DNA of 64,000 nucleotides from Candidatus Kuenenbacteria bacterium HGW-Kuenenbacteria-1 (GTDB lineage Bacteria > Patescibacteriota > Patescibacteriia > UBA2591 > PGYQ01). Numbering within the stretch: the stretch's first letter is position 1; each line of letters starts with the position of its first letter. A program made the position numbers and the translations under genes. Below are positions 36,650-47,258 of this stretch, piece by piece. The notes below the pieces were generated by a model that saw only the letters and a program-made list of their open reading frames with translations, did no database searches and was not told where the DNA came from. The DNA lies in contig PGYQ01000001.1 in NCBI GenBank assembly GCA_002839745.1, positions 16,775-80,774 of the forward strand, read 5' to 3'.

Positions 36650-37505
36650 TTATTTTAATAATTTATTTTTAAAGTTAAATCCAAAATTTTTAGGACTAAA
36701 TAGTTTTAATCCTTTAGGTGTTCGCCATAATTTGCAACATTTTTTTCCAAAAACTTTCACCTTTTTATCTAAGGAAATATCACTATTATATAAAGGATAA
36801 TTATTAATATCTGTACATATAATTAAATCGGGGCAAGTCAGGATTATTTTTTTATTAATCCAAAATAGGAGATATTCATTTTTAATAAACAATCGTCCTT
36901 CTGAGTTTATATTTTTAATCCTAATATCTTTAGTAATAAACCCATTCTTTTCTTTTTCTTTTATAGAAGAAACTGTTCCTTCATATAATAATTTTAATTC
37001 TTCATTTTTAAAAGATCATTAAAATTATTAGAATTAATAATTTTGCCAATTTTCAAAGCTTCTGACACAGTGCCGGTTTCTATTTTCTTTTCCAAAGTTT
37101 TTTTAGAAAAAGGGTAACCCACAACAAAAGTTTTTTCTTTAGAAAAAGTTCGCAAAATTCTTTCCTCTTCTTTAAAAGAAATTGATTTAGTAAAAATTGC
37201 TATATTGCCTTCTGTTCCAACTAAAACAAGAGGTGTTCTATTTAGTTTAAAGAGACTAATTGTTTCCAAAAAAATTTCCGGAGCAGACTTTCCACCTACA
37301 AAATCTGCATCAACAATTGGTAATTTTAATTCTGAAGCTATAAAAAAAGCAGATGCTAACGAAGTTGGACCAATTTCTACTGGGATTATTCCTTTTACCT
37401 TCTTTCCTAAATAATTTAATAATTCTTTAACTCCTTTTTTAATATAAGTTACAGGATCAATGTCTTTTATGGATGATCCTACCCCAAAGGCCGTGATAAA
37501 TAAAT
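36650..37505 (-). pseudogene. DUF917 family pseudogene (5'-truncated, frameshifted)
   Basis: PVEIG, LPIVDAD..G...PE, NEYL and CPDLI motifs; frames join across a 1-bp-short A-run near 37006-37010; 5' end cut next to the GAGACCCTAC motif. Confidence 0.75.
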
Positions 37506-37509
37506 AAAG

Positions 37510-37548
37510 AGAGACCCTACATAAAATTGTGTCTGGCATAGTAAAAAT
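37510..37548 (+). mobile_element. Orphan IS/MITE-like terminal sequence GAGACCCTAC (copy 2)
   Basis: Near-identical to 28143-28181; lies at the DUF917 truncation point. Confidence 0.55.
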
Positions 37549-37632
37549 GTATAATTAATTTTGTCATAATAGTTAAAGTGTTTTAATAATAAATTTAATA
37601 TTTATTCTAGATAAAAAAAGCTAGACACACTT

Positions 37633-37779
37633 TTATGAACGGTCCCTTTTTTTTTTCGCCATTGGACAATCCCAATCCGTTGGCATCTCATCCACCTCCG
37701 AGACCTTTTGCCATGGGGGTAAAAGATCGGGAACCCTCATTGCGATCCATGTTTTTAGATCGTCTTTTTTTATTTTCAT
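37633..37779 (-). CDS. Putative 48-aa small protein
   Basis: AAGGAGG SD 6 nt before ATG; MKIKKDDLKTWIAMRVPDLLPPWQKVSEVDEMPTDWDCPMAKKKRDRS; elevated GC; below the ORF-track cutoff. Confidence 0.5.
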   Translation of the reverse strand: MKIKKDDLKTWIAMRVPDLLPPWQKVSEVDEMPTDWDCPMAKKKRDRS

Positions 37780-38407
37780 TTTTTTCCTCCTTAAAAATAG
37801 AATAGAATTTTTCCTTTTCAGAAATAAAAAATCCCTTCTGAAAAGGGATTGAGCGTGAAGAATAAAAATTTAAACAAAACCAATCACAACCAATCTCTTT
37901 TCAAAAGAATTGATTGTGATGATGTATATAAATATTATTTTTTATTAAAGCTTGTCGCATATATTTTAAAATAAAAATTTTTAGTCTTACCGTGTTAACA
38001 CGATGGAATTAGTACTCTAAAAATTATTTTGTTGGAGCATTAGTTTTTAGAAAAATAATTTAAAGAGGATTGAATTTTTAAATATTTAATTTTCTCACTG
38101 TGTTAACACAATAAAGAATATAAAAAATAAATTATTTTAAATCTATATATTTATATATACTTATTTTATAAAAATTGTCAAATTTTTTTTCCACAGGCGT
38201 CAAAAAAACAATTAACATTTAATTTGGGGGTACGATACTCAAACATAACGACACTTAAATATAAAAAATGGACAGGAGGATAATTTTACATTATTATATA
38301 AAAAATAAAATGAATTAAATTTTTAATAAAAAGAATATGACTAATTCGGGAGTTGAACTTCTGACATTGGCATACGCTATTATTTAACGATATTTTAATT
38401 ATTTTTT

Positions 38408-40870
38408 ATGCAACATCAAGGATTAAAAGAAAATGAAATTAAAAAATTAAGAGAAAAATTTGGGGAAAATTCTTTGCCAGCTGAAAAACAATTTTCTTTT
38501 ATAACAATTTTTTTCTCGCAATTTAAAAGTCCATTGATTTATATTTTATTTTTTGTCGGGCTGATTTCTTTATTTTTCAAAGAATATATTGACGCTGTTT
38601 TAATCGTTTTAGTTGGTTTATTTAACGCTTTGCTCGGTTTTTTTCAAGAATATAACAGTCAAAAAACCTTGGTTGCTTTAAAAAATATTATTAAACCTAA
38701 AGCGCTTGTTATTAGAGATGGTTGCAGAAAACAGATTGAAGCCAAAGAATTAGTGCCTGGTGATTTGGTTATTATTGGTTCTGGAGATAAAATTCCAGCT
38801 GACGGTGAATTGATTGAGAGTTTAAATTTGTTAGTTAATGAAGCGATTTTAACTGGCGAAGATGAGGCTGTTGCTAAAAAGTTAACTGATAATAAGTTGT
38901 TTATGGGCGCTACTGTTATTTGGGGTAATGGCATTATGAAAATTAGCAAAATTGGTCTTGATACTGAAATTGGTAAAATTGGTTCTAGTATAGTTGAAAT
39001 AAAAGAAAGTAAAACCCCAATACAAGTCGCGTTAGATAAATTCGCTAAAAATTTGTTATTTATAATTTTTATAATTTGTTTAATAATTTTTATTACTGGC
39101 GTGCTTTATCAGGAAAATTTTTGGGCAATGCTTAGAACCTCAATAGTGCTGTCAGCGGCTGCCATACCAGAAGGTTTACCAGTTGCTATTACTATTATTT
39201 TAACTTTGGGCATGAGACGAGTTTTAATTAAGAAAGGTTTAGTTAGAAAACTTTTATCAATTGAAACATTAGGATCAACTTCTGTAATTTGCGTTGATAA
39301 AACAGGAACATTAACTGAAGGAATTATGAAAGTTGTTAAGTCTGATTTTTTTGATAACGACAAGGCATTTTTGGCTTTAACATTGGTTAATAATCAGCGG
39401 ATGAATTTAGAAATAGCTCTTTGGGATTATGTAAGGAAAAATCCCTCTAACCCCCTTTATCAAGGGGGGACTGCTCAAGATCCACAGGAAATTTTTAACA
39501 GTCACTTGAGAATTTACGAAGAGCCGTTTGATAGCGAGAAAAAATACGCTTTAAGCATTAATAAAATAAATAATAAAAATACAGCTTTTGTTTTAGGAGC
39601 GCCGGAAATTGTTTTATCGTTTTGTCAATTATCAGCTCAAGAGTCAGTTGATACTTTAAAAAAAATAGATGATTGGGCCAGCAAGGGTTTACGGATTTTG
39701 GGAGTTGGTTTTAAAGAAAAAGGGGAGTTAAAAGAAAAAAAAGATTTTGTATGGTTAGGTTTGGTAGCAGTTGAAGATCCTTTGCGTTCAGGCGCTAAAG
39801 AGGCTATAGAACAAGCCATGCAAGCTGGTATTAAAATTAAAATTATTACAGGAGATCATAGCAAGACAGCTGAAAAAGTCGCTAGAAATTTAGGTTTTAA
39901 AATTGGACCAAACAATATTTTGTCAGGCAATGAGCTTGGCATGATTTCTGATCAAGAATTAAAAGACAGAATAGATGATATTATTTTATTTAGTCGTGTT
40001 TTGCCTCATCAAAAATTAAAAATAGTAGAAGCTTTGCAAGCTAAAAAAGAAATTATCGCTATGACTGGCGATGGAGTTAATGATGCTCTTGCTTTAAAAA
40101 AAGCGGATATTGGAGTAGTTATGGGCGCTGGTGCTGAAGTGGCAAAAGAAGTCGGGGATTTGATTTTATTAGACAATAATTTTAAAACCATTTTAACAGC
40201 TGTAGAAGAGGGCCGTTTAATTTTTTCTAATATCAAAAAGGTTGTTGCTTATGCCTTATCTAACGCTTTTGTTGAAATTGTTTTGATATTTGGAGCAATA
40301 ATACTTAATTTTCCTTTGCCATTAACAATAGCTCAAATAATATGGATTCAGCTTATTTGCGATGGTCCTCCTGATATTATATTAGGTTTTGAACCTAAGG
40401 ATAGAGATTTAATGAAAGAAAAGCCTATTGATAATAAAAAAGATGGTTTTTTATCTAAGTCTGTTATGTTTTTAATTATTGCTGTAAGTTTAAGCATTGG
40501 CTTATTAACTTTATTTTTATTCTGGTATTTTTATAATAGAACCAATAGTTTAATTTTAGCTCAAACTATTGCTTTTACTAGTGTTGCTTTTGTTGGTTTG
40601 TTTTATATTTTTTCTTTTAAAAATCTTTCTAAACCTTTATTTAAAATAAATAATTTCTTTGGTAATAAATATCTATTATGGAGCGTGCTTTACGGTTTTG
40701 TGTTAATTTTCGTCGCTTTATATGTTCCAGCTTTAAATAAAATTTTAAACACTGTTCCTCTTAATTTTTTTCACTGGCTGTTTGTTTTAGGGATTGCTAT
40801 TATTTCAATTTTGATTATTGAGATATTCAAGTTTTTTTTAATAAAAAAACAATTAGTATTAAAAATTTAA
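38408..40870 (+). CDS. Cation-transporting P-type ATPase (P2A-like)
   Basis: LTGE, IPEGLP, DKTGTLT, TGD, GDGVND. Confidence 0.95.
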   Translation: MQHQGLKENEIKKLREKFGENSLPAEKQFSFITIFFSQFKSPLIYILFFVGLISLFFKEYIDAVLIVLVGLFNALLGFFQEYNSQKTLVALKNIIKPKALVIRDGCRKQIEAKELVPGDLVIIGSGDKIPADGELIESLNLLVNEAILTGEDEAVAKKLTDNKLFMGATVIWGNGIMKISKIGLDTEIGKIGSSIVEIKESKTPIQVALDKFAKNLLFIIFIICLIIFITGVLYQENFWAMLRTSIVLSAAAIPEGLPVAITIILTLGMRRVLIKKGLVRKLLSIETLGSTSVICVDKTGTLTEGIMKVVKSDFFDNDKAFLALTLVNNQRMNLEIALWDYVRKNPSNPLYQGGTAQDPQEIFNSHLRIYEEPFDSEKKYALSINKINNKNTAFVLGAPEIVLSFCQLSAQESVDTLKKIDDWASKGLRILGVGFKEKGELKEKKDFVWLGLVAVEDPLRSGAKEAIEQAMQAGIKIKIITGDHSKTAEKVARNLGFKIGPNNILSGNELGMISDQELKDRIDDIILFSRVLPHQKLKIVEALQAKKEIIAMTGDGVNDALALKKADIGVVMGAGAEVAKEVGDLILLDNNFKTILTAVEEGRLIFSNIKKVVAYALSNAFVEIVLIFGAIILNFPLPLTIAQIIWIQLICDGPPDIILGFEPKDRDLMKEKPIDNKKDGFLSKSVMFLIIAVSLSIGLLTLFLFWYFYNRTNSLILAQTIAFTSVAFVGLFYIFSFKNLSKPLFKINNFFGNKYLLWSVLYGFVLIFVALYVPALNKILNTVPLNFFHWLFVLGIAIISILIIEIFKFFLIKKQLVLKI
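39437..39472. repeat. CCCCCTT-family palindrome in-frame in the ATPase
   Basis: Core AACCCCCTTTATCAAGGGGG is identical to the reverse complement of part of the 25208-25238 copy; encodes KNPSNPLYQGGT. Confidence 0.85.
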
Positions 40871-40911
40871 CTTTTTTTGTTTTTTTATATTTTTGATATA
40901 TTATAATAAAT

Positions 40912-41328
40912 ATGATAAAAAACAAAATTTTATTTTGGAAAAATTTATTTTTTTCACCGCTTTTTTTATTTTTAGGAATAATTATTTTAACATCCTATTT
41001 TTTTTCTGTAGGCAAAGAAACCTATAAACATTATAAAATTAATAAAGAAATAGAAGGTTTAAAACAAGAAATAAAAAATTTGGAAGAAAAAAAAATACAA
41101 AGCAAAGAACTAATTCAATATTTAAAAACAGAATCTTTTCAAGAAAGGCAAGCTCGATTAGAATTAGGAATGAAAAAACAGGATGAAGATGTGGTAATTT
41201 TGCCTACGATTATTCCAAAAGAAATAGAAGAAAAAAATGAATTTGTAAATATTGATTTTGAAAGAAATAAAAAAGATGATCAAAAAATTATTAATCCTAT
41301 TAAATGGTGGAAATATTTTTTAAAATAA
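40912..41328 (+). CDS. Septum formation initiator (FtsB/DivIC family)
   Basis: TM helix, coiled coil, E..AR.ELGMKK.DE. Confidence 0.8.
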   Translation: MIKNKILFWKNLFFSPLFLFLGIIILTSYFFSVGKETYKHYKINKEIEGLKQEIKNLEEKKIQSKELIQYLKTESFQERQARLELGMKKQDEDVVILPTIIPKEIEEKNEFVNIDFERNKKDDQKIINPIKWWKYFLK

Positions 41329-41339
41329 TTCTTTAATTT

Positions 41340-42098
41340 ATGATAGATAATAATCAACAAAAAGAAAAACAAGCCAAATGGAGAGAAATAATATTAAATA
41401 TAATAAAAGAAAAATCAAATTTTCCAAAACAAATTCAAAAAAAAGAGGGGATTGTAGAAAATAAAAAAGAAATTAAAAAAATTAAAATTAAAAAACCCAA
41501 AACAAAAAGGAATATATATAAATTAGTAGTATTTATTTTTTTGGCTATTATTTGGTTTTTAATTTCTTTTGGGATTGGGTTGTATAAATATAATTGGGAT
41601 AGCGAAACGATAATTAAAATAACTCGAATTATTCCTTATCCAGCGATAATAATTAAAAATAAAGAAATAAACAATTATAAATTAATAAAGTATTCTGAAT
41701 TTCAAGAAAATTTTAAAGCAACTAAACTTTTTTTTCAAAAACAAAAACAAGCTGATTCAACTTTTCAAATTCTTTCTGATAAAATTTTAAAAGAAAATAT
41801 TTCAGAAATGATGATAGAAGATTATTTTATTTTTGAAACTCTTAAAAAAAATAGAGTGATCATTAAAAAAGAAGAGGTAGATAATAAAATTCAAGAAATT
41901 ATTAAACAAGTGGGTTCTGAACAACAATTTGAAAAAATAGTAAAAAATTTATATAATTGGGATTTAACTCAATTTAAAGAAAAAGCAATTAAACAAATGA
42001 TTTCGCAAGAAAAAATAGAAAAGGTAATTGCTCCAAAAAAATTAAGAGAATGGTTGAATGAACAATTAAAAACAATAAAAATTTATAAATTTATTTAA
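41340..42098 (+). CDS. Membrane-anchored SurA/PrsA N-terminal-like protein
   Basis: TM helix, PYPA, EEVD..I..I..Q.GSE..F pattern; no PPIase domain visible. Confidence 0.6.
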   Translation: MIDNNQQKEKQAKWREIILNIIKEKSNFPKQIQKKEGIVENKKEIKKIKIKKPKTKRNIYKLVVFIFLAIIWFLISFGIGLYKYNWDSETIIKITRIIPYPAIIIKNKEINNYKLIKYSEFQENFKATKLFFQKQKQADSTFQILSDKILKENISEMMIEDYFIFETLKKNRVIIKKEEVDNKIQEIIKQVGSEQQFEKIVKNLYNWDLTQFKEKAIKQMISQEKIEKVIAPKKLREWLNEQLKTIKIYKFI

Positions 42099-42261
42099 AT
42101 AAATTTATATAATTAAAAAACATTGGAAGCAAGTTTAGTTATTTGGATATTTTAAATTGGGACAAAGTTTTTGAAATTTTGTCAATATATTGCAACAAAA
42201 GAATGAACAAAAAATAAGAGTAAAGAGTAAGAAGTATTTGAAAAAATTTAAAAATATTAAA

Positions 42262-43293
42262 ATGAAAAAGATTATAAAAAAATTTGCAAAAGATTTTAAA
42301 GAACGAATCAGTTTTAGAAAATACGCAATATTTTTTTTGGCTTTAGTTATTTTAAGTTCACCATTTGTTATTGAATATTTTAAATTATTAAAGCCAATCA
42401 TTTTAAAACCTTCTTTAGCAAAACAGGTTTTATTTATTGAACCAGAAGAAAAAGAAGCGCCTATTTTAAGAGAAATTGAAAAAGCTCAAAAATCAATTAA
42501 TTTAGAAATGTATCTTTTATCTGATAAAAAAATTATTCAAGCCTTAAAAGATGCGAAAAAACGAGGAGTAGAAATAAAAATAATTTTAGAAAAAAATCCT
42601 TACAATTTAGAATGGTTTAATAAAAAAATTTTTAAAGAATTAAAAGAGGTTGGGATACAAACCCAATGGAGTAATTCTGAATTTAGCCTTACTCATAGCA
42701 AATTTATGATTATTGACGATCAAAAGGCGATTATTATGACTTGCAATTTTACTTATTCCGGGCTTAATAATAGTCGTGATTTTGGTTTAATTAATTTTGA
42801 TTTAAAAGATGTGTTGGAAATAAAAAAATTATTTGAAGCTGATTGGCAGAAAGAATCATTTTTTTCTTCTCGCCCAAATTTAGTTATTAGTCCGATTAAT
42901 TCTCGTTTTAAATTAGAAAGTCTAATTAAAAACGCAAAATCAGAAATTTTAATTGCTACTGAAATAATGAAAGATCAAAGTATACAAGAGCTTTTAATAA
43001 AGGCACAAAAAAATGGAGTGCAAGTTAAAATTCTTTTAGCTGATATTAAAACGGGCGAGATTAACAGAGATACTGGAAAGTATTTTCAAACACAGAATAT
43101 GCAAGTGAAGTATTTGCAAAAACCGTTTTTGCATGCTAAAATTATGATTATTGATAATAAAATTTTATATTTAGGATCAATTAATTTTTCTTCCGCATCA
43201 ATGGATGAAAATCGAGAATTAGGAATTTTGTTGGTAAATAAAGCCTTAATTCAACAAGTTAGAGATGTTTTTGAAAAAGATTGGACAATATAA
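42262..43293 (+). CDS. Phospholipase D superfamily protein
   Basis: Two HKD motifs (HSKFMIID, HAKIMIID..GS.N); N-terminal TM. Confidence 0.88.
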   Translation: MKKIIKKFAKDFKERISFRKYAIFFLALVILSSPFVIEYFKLLKPIILKPSLAKQVLFIEPEEKEAPILREIEKAQKSINLEMYLLSDKKIIQALKDAKKRGVEIKIILEKNPYNLEWFNKKIFKELKEVGIQTQWSNSEFSLTHSKFMIIDDQKAIIMTCNFTYSGLNNSRDFGLINFDLKDVLEIKKLFEADWQKESFFSSRPNLVISPINSRFKLESLIKNAKSEILIATEIMKDQSIQELLIKAQKNGVQVKILLADIKTGEINRDTGKYFQTQNMQVKYLQKPFLHAKIMIIDNKILYLGSINFSSASMDENRELGILLVNKALIQQVRDVFEKDWTI

Positions 43294-43426
43294 TTTAATT
43301 ATTAGAAGGATGTTTGGTAATATTAATAATATAAATTATAATAAGGAAGTGATTTTTAAAAAAGGATTTGATTTAGTTTTTAAAAATAATTTTTAATTTA
43401 ATTTTTAATTTTTAATTTTGTTTTTT

Positions 43427-43645
43427 ATGACAACAATTATTCATGAAAGAGAAAAGTGTATTGGTTGCGGAGCTTGCGCGGCTTTGTGTTCAGAGTATTG
43501 GGAAATGGCAGATGACGGAAAATCTTTATTAAAAGGAGCAAATAAAAATCCAGAAACAGGAAATAATGAGCTTGAAATACAAGATTTAGGATGTAATGGA
43601 AATATAGAAGAATCTTGTCCAGCTCTTTGCATTCATATTAAATAA
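43427..43645 (+). CDS. Ferredoxin (single cluster)
   Basis: CIGCGACAALC ... CP. Confidence 0.88.
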   Translation: MTTIIHEREKCIGCGACAALCSEYWEMADDGKSLLKGANKNPETGNNELEIQDLGCNGNIEESCPALCIHIK

Positions 43646-43652
43646 AAAGATT

Positions 43653-44606
43653 ATGTTTTCTTTAAAACAATTAATTAATAATTTTTTAGAATATCTTGAA
43701 ATAGAAAAAAATCGTAGTCCAAAAACAATTAGAAATTATAAATTTTATTTAGAAAGATTTCTTAATTGGGCAAAGGAACCAAAACCAGAAGAAATTAATT
43801 TAGAAATGATTCGTCAATATCGGCTTTGGCTAAATCGATTTCAAAATTTAAGAGCAGAAGGTTTAAAAAAAGATACTCAAAATTATCATTTAATTGCTTT
43901 GCGTTCTTTTTTAAAATATCTCTCTAAAAGAGATATTCAAAGCTTATCTTCTGAAAAAATTGAATTAGCTAAAGTTTCTGAAAGATCAATAGAGTTTTTA
44001 GAAGGAAAAGATTTAGAAAATTTTTTGGAAGCACCATTCAAAGTTCAAAGTTCAAAATTCAAAGTTCAAAGTAAAAGAAAATTTGACCTCATTCAATTGA
44101 GAGATAAGGCAATTTTAGAATTATTTTTTTCTACTGGATTGCGAGTTTCTGAATTAATTAAATTAACTAAGGAACAAATTAATTTAGATAAAGATGAGTT
44201 TACAGTTCGAGGTAAAGGGAATAAACTAAGGATTATTTTTTTATCTCAGCAAGCTAAGTATTGGTTAAAAAAATATTTAGAAGCTAGAAATGATATGGAA
44301 ATTATTTTATTTATTAGGCATGATAAATTATCAAAAAATAAACAAATAAATAATTTAACTCCAAGAAGTATTCAGCGTCTTGTAAAAAAATATGCTAAAA
44401 TAGCCGGGATTACAAAAGAGATAACTCCTCACACAATCCGTCATAGTTTTGCTACAGATCTTTTAACAACTGGAGCTGATATACGTTCAGTGCAAGCTTT
44501 ATTAGGACACGCGTCTATTACAACGACTCAAATTTATACCCATGTAACAGATAAACATTTAAAAGAAGTTTATAGCGCTTTTCATGACAAAAGACGAAAA
44601 AAATAA
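43653..44606 (+). CDS. xerC: Tyrosine recombinase, XerC/XerD family
   Basis: TGLRVSEL, GKG.K.R, HTIRHSFAT, LLGH, TQIY; no IntI-specific insertion. Confidence 0.85.
   Translation: MFSLKQLINNFLEYLEIEKNRSPKTIRNYKFYLERFLNWAKEPKPEEINLEMIRQYRLWLNRFQNLRAEGLKKDTQNYHLIALRSFLKYLSKRDIQSLSSEKIELAKVSERSIEFLEGKDLENFLEAPFKVQSSKFKVQSKRKFDLIQLRDKAILELFFSTGLRVSELIKLTKEQINLDKDEFTVRGKGNKLRIIFLSQQAKYWLKKYLEARNDMEIILFIRHDKLSKNKQINNLTPRSIQRLVKKYAKIAGITKEITPHTIRHSFATDLLTTGADIRSVQALLGHASITTTQIYTHVTDKHLKEVYSAFHDKRRKK
44037..44071. repeat. (TTCAAAG)x5 in-frame in xerC
   Basis: Encodes FKVQSSKFKVQS; one unit is TTCAAAA. Confidence 0.9.
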
Positions 44607-44653
44607 AGAAATTATAATTATTAAAATTTTCTTTTAAAAATTTTTACTTATTT

Positions 44654-44728
44654 GCCCTCGTAGTTCAGCGGATAGAACACCAGCCTTCTAAGCTGGTTAC
44701 GTAGGTTCGATTCCTGCCGAGGGCACCA
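44654..44728 (+). tRNA. tRNA-Arg(TCT)
   Basis: GCCCTCG/CGAGGGC acceptor, CCAGC-CTTCTAA-GCTGG anticodon arm, CCA. Confidence 0.95.
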
Positions 44729-44851
44729 TTTTATAATTTATAATTTATAATTTATAAATTATAAATTATATTTTTTTTGCATTTTGCATTTTTTTAAAAA
44801 TAAGTTATAATAACTATTATATTTTTATTTTTCTTTTTTTTATTTTAAAAT

Positions 44852-46144
44852 ATGTTATCAAAAATTTTTCAAAAATTAATTCAAATTTTCAAAATCCGTG
44901 ATTTACGAAAGAGTATTCTTTTTGTTTTAGCAATGTTAATAGTTTTCAGAATTGCCGCGCATATTCCTTTAACTGGAGTTGATTTGGAAAGTTTAAAAAG
45001 ATTTTTTACGCAAAATGAAATTTTGGGTTTTATGAATCTTTTAACTGGCGGAGGCATGAGCAATTTTTCTTTAGTGGCTTTGGGCGTTGGGCCTTACATC
45101 ACAGCTTCAATTATTATTCAACTTTTAACAATGATTGTTCCTAGTTTAGAAGAATTAGCCAAAGAAGGCGAGGCAGGATATCATAAAATTAATCAATACA
45201 CTCGTTTATTAGCTGTGCCTATGGCTGCTTTACAATCTTATGGAATGATTGTTTTGCTTTCTAATTCATCAGGACAAAAAATTATTTCTAATTTAGGTAT
45301 CTGGCAATTAAGTTCAATGATTATTACTATGACTGCTGGTTGCGTATTTTTAATGTGGTTGGGTGAATTAATTTCAGAAAAAAAAATAGGCAATGGAATA
45401 TCCTTGATAATTTTTGCTGGAATTGTTTCTGGCTTACCTTCAGTTTTACAACAAACAGTCGTTAGTTTTGATTCAACGAAATTTGTTAATTTATTAATTT
45501 TTATTATCCTAGGATTAATCACTGTTGCAGGAGTAGTTATTATTACTGAAGGGCAAAGGAATATTCCTATTTCTTATGCACGTCGAGTAAGAGGTAACAA
45601 AATGTATGGGGGAGCGAGTACTTATTTGCCTTTGCGCGTAAATCAAGCGGGAATGATTCCAATTATTTTTGCCATTTCTATTGTTTTATTTCCGCCAATC
45701 GTTGCTCAACTTTTAATGAAATTTCAAATTGGATGGCTTAAAGTTCCAGCTGAATTTATTTATACCATTTTTCAACCCAGCCATTATTTTTATGGCATAG
45801 CTTATTTTGTTTTAGTGGTCGCTTTTACATATTTTTATACTGCTGTTGTTTTTCATCCTCAAAAAATAGCTGAAAATCTTCAAAAACAAGGTGGGTTTAT
45901 TTTAGGAATTAGACCTGGCAAACCAACATCTCAATATATAAGCAATGTTTCACAAAGAATTATGTTAGCTGGCGCTACTTCTTTGGGAATTATTGCTATT
46001 CTTCCTTTAATTACTGGGCCTATTTTTGAAATTAGATCTATTGCTTTAGGAGGCGCTGGTTTATTAATTATTGTGAGTGTAGTTCTTGAAACAATAAAAC
46101 AAATTGAGTCTCAATTAACGATGAGGGAATATGAAGGACTTTAA
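44852..46144 (+). CDS. secY: Preprotein translocase subunit SecY
   Basis: LGVGPYITASII, GNGISLIIFAGI, PIIFA, GIRPG. Confidence 0.97.
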   Translation: MLSKIFQKLIQIFKIRDLRKSILFVLAMLIVFRIAAHIPLTGVDLESLKRFFTQNEILGFMNLLTGGGMSNFSLVALGVGPYITASIIIQLLTMIVPSLEELAKEGEAGYHKINQYTRLLAVPMAALQSYGMIVLLSNSSGQKIISNLGIWQLSSMIITMTAGCVFLMWLGELISEKKIGNGISLIIFAGIVSGLPSVLQQTVVSFDSTKFVNLLIFIILGLITVAGVVIITEGQRNIPISYARRVRGNKMYGGASTYLPLRVNQAGMIPIIFAISIVLFPPIVAQLLMKFQIGWLKVPAEFIYTIFQPSHYFYGIAYFVLVVAFTYFYTAVVFHPQKIAENLQKQGGFILGIRPGKPTSQYISNVSQRIMLAGATSLGIIAILPLITGPIFEIRSIALGGAGLLIIVSVVLETIKQIESQLTMREYEGL

Positions 46145-46269
46145 AAAAATATTTGTTTGAAGGTTTAAATTATAAAGCATAAATAAATATAATTTAAAAA
46201 TAATTAAAATTTAAAGAAAAATTTTTATGCGCTATTGGCGCATTTTTATATTTTAAAAATCTTTTTAAT

Positions 46270-47229
46270 ATGAAAAATATGTATGATGTTATTATTATTG
46301 GCGCTGGAGCAGCTGGAATGACAGCAGCTATTTATACCAGTCGTAGAATGTTAAAAACCTTAGTTATTAGCAAAGATTTGGGCGGTCAAGCATCTTTAGC
46401 TACAGAAGTAGAAAATTATCCCGGATTTGATGAGGCTATTTCTGGTTTTAAAATAATGCAAAAATTTAATCAACAGGCACGAAAATTTGGCGTAGAATTT
46501 ATTTTTGATGAAGTGGAGGAAATTAAACCAGAAAATGATTTTTTTGAGATTAAAACTAATACTCAAAATTATCAAACCAAATCGGTAATTTTGGCTTTTG
46601 GTTTAACTCCTCGTGATCTTGATGTTCCTGGGGAAGAAAAATTTAAAGGCAAAGGGGTTTCTTATTGCGCTACTTGTGACGCTTTGTTTTATAAAGATAA
46701 AAATGTGGCCGTAATTGGTGGAGGCAATGCCGCTTTAGATGCAACTTTACTTTTATCAAAAATTGCCAAAAAGGTTTATTTAGTTCATCGTCGAAATGAG
46801 TTTAAAGGAGATGAAATATTAATTCAAAAAATTAAGGAACAAAAAAATATTCAGTTTGTTTTAAATTCAACAATTAAAGAAATTAAAGGGGCTGAATTTG
46901 TGAAATCAATTATTGTTAATAAAATAGATAAAGAAAATGAAGAAGAAATTGAAGTGAATGGTGTTTTTGCGGAAGTTGGGTATGAAGTAAAAGCGGATTT
47001 TATTAAAAATTTAGTTAATTTAGATGAAAAAAATCAGGTTATTACAAATAAAAATTGTGAAACTTCATTGTCGGGAATTTTTGCTGCTGGCGATGCGACA
47101 GATATTTTGTATAAACAGATAATTATTTCTGCTGGTGAAGGAGCCAAAGCGGCTTTAAGCGCTTATAAATATATTCAAGAAAAAGGAGGTAAAAATTGTA
47201 TTAATTTAGACTGGGGAGCTAAAAAATAA
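46270..47229 (+). CDS. trxB: Thioredoxin-disulfide reductase
   Basis: [26 protein letters not shown]. Confidence 0.93.
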   Translation: MKNMYDVIIIGAGAAGMTAAIYTSRRMLKTLVISKDLGGQASLATEVENYPGFDEAISGFKIMQKFNQQARKFGVEFIFDEVEEIKPENDFFEIKTNTQNYQTKSVILAFGLTPRDLDVPGEEKFKGKGVSYCATCDALFYKDKNVAVIGGGNAALDATLLLSKIAKKVYLVHRRNEFKGDEILIQKIKEQKNIQFVLNSTIKEIKGAEFVKSIIVNKIDKENEEEIEVNGVFAEVGYEVKADFIKNLVNLDEKNQVITNKNCETSLSGIFAAGDATDILYKQIIISAGEGAKAALSAYKYIQEKGGKNCINLDWGAKK

Positions 47230-47258
47230 TTTTTTAGTTTTTGGTAAAATTTAGAATA

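Noticed and set aside
38110-38407. Metal-sensing riboswitch upstream of the P-type ATPase
   Set aside because: No yybP-ykoY or M-box consensus recognisable by eye; only a short palindrome near 38347
43653-44728. Tyrosine recombinase next to tRNA-Arg as an integrated element or the integron integrase
   Set aside because: Typical XerC/D sequence without the IntI insertion; no duplicated tRNA-Arg 3' end was found and the flanks are housekeeping genes
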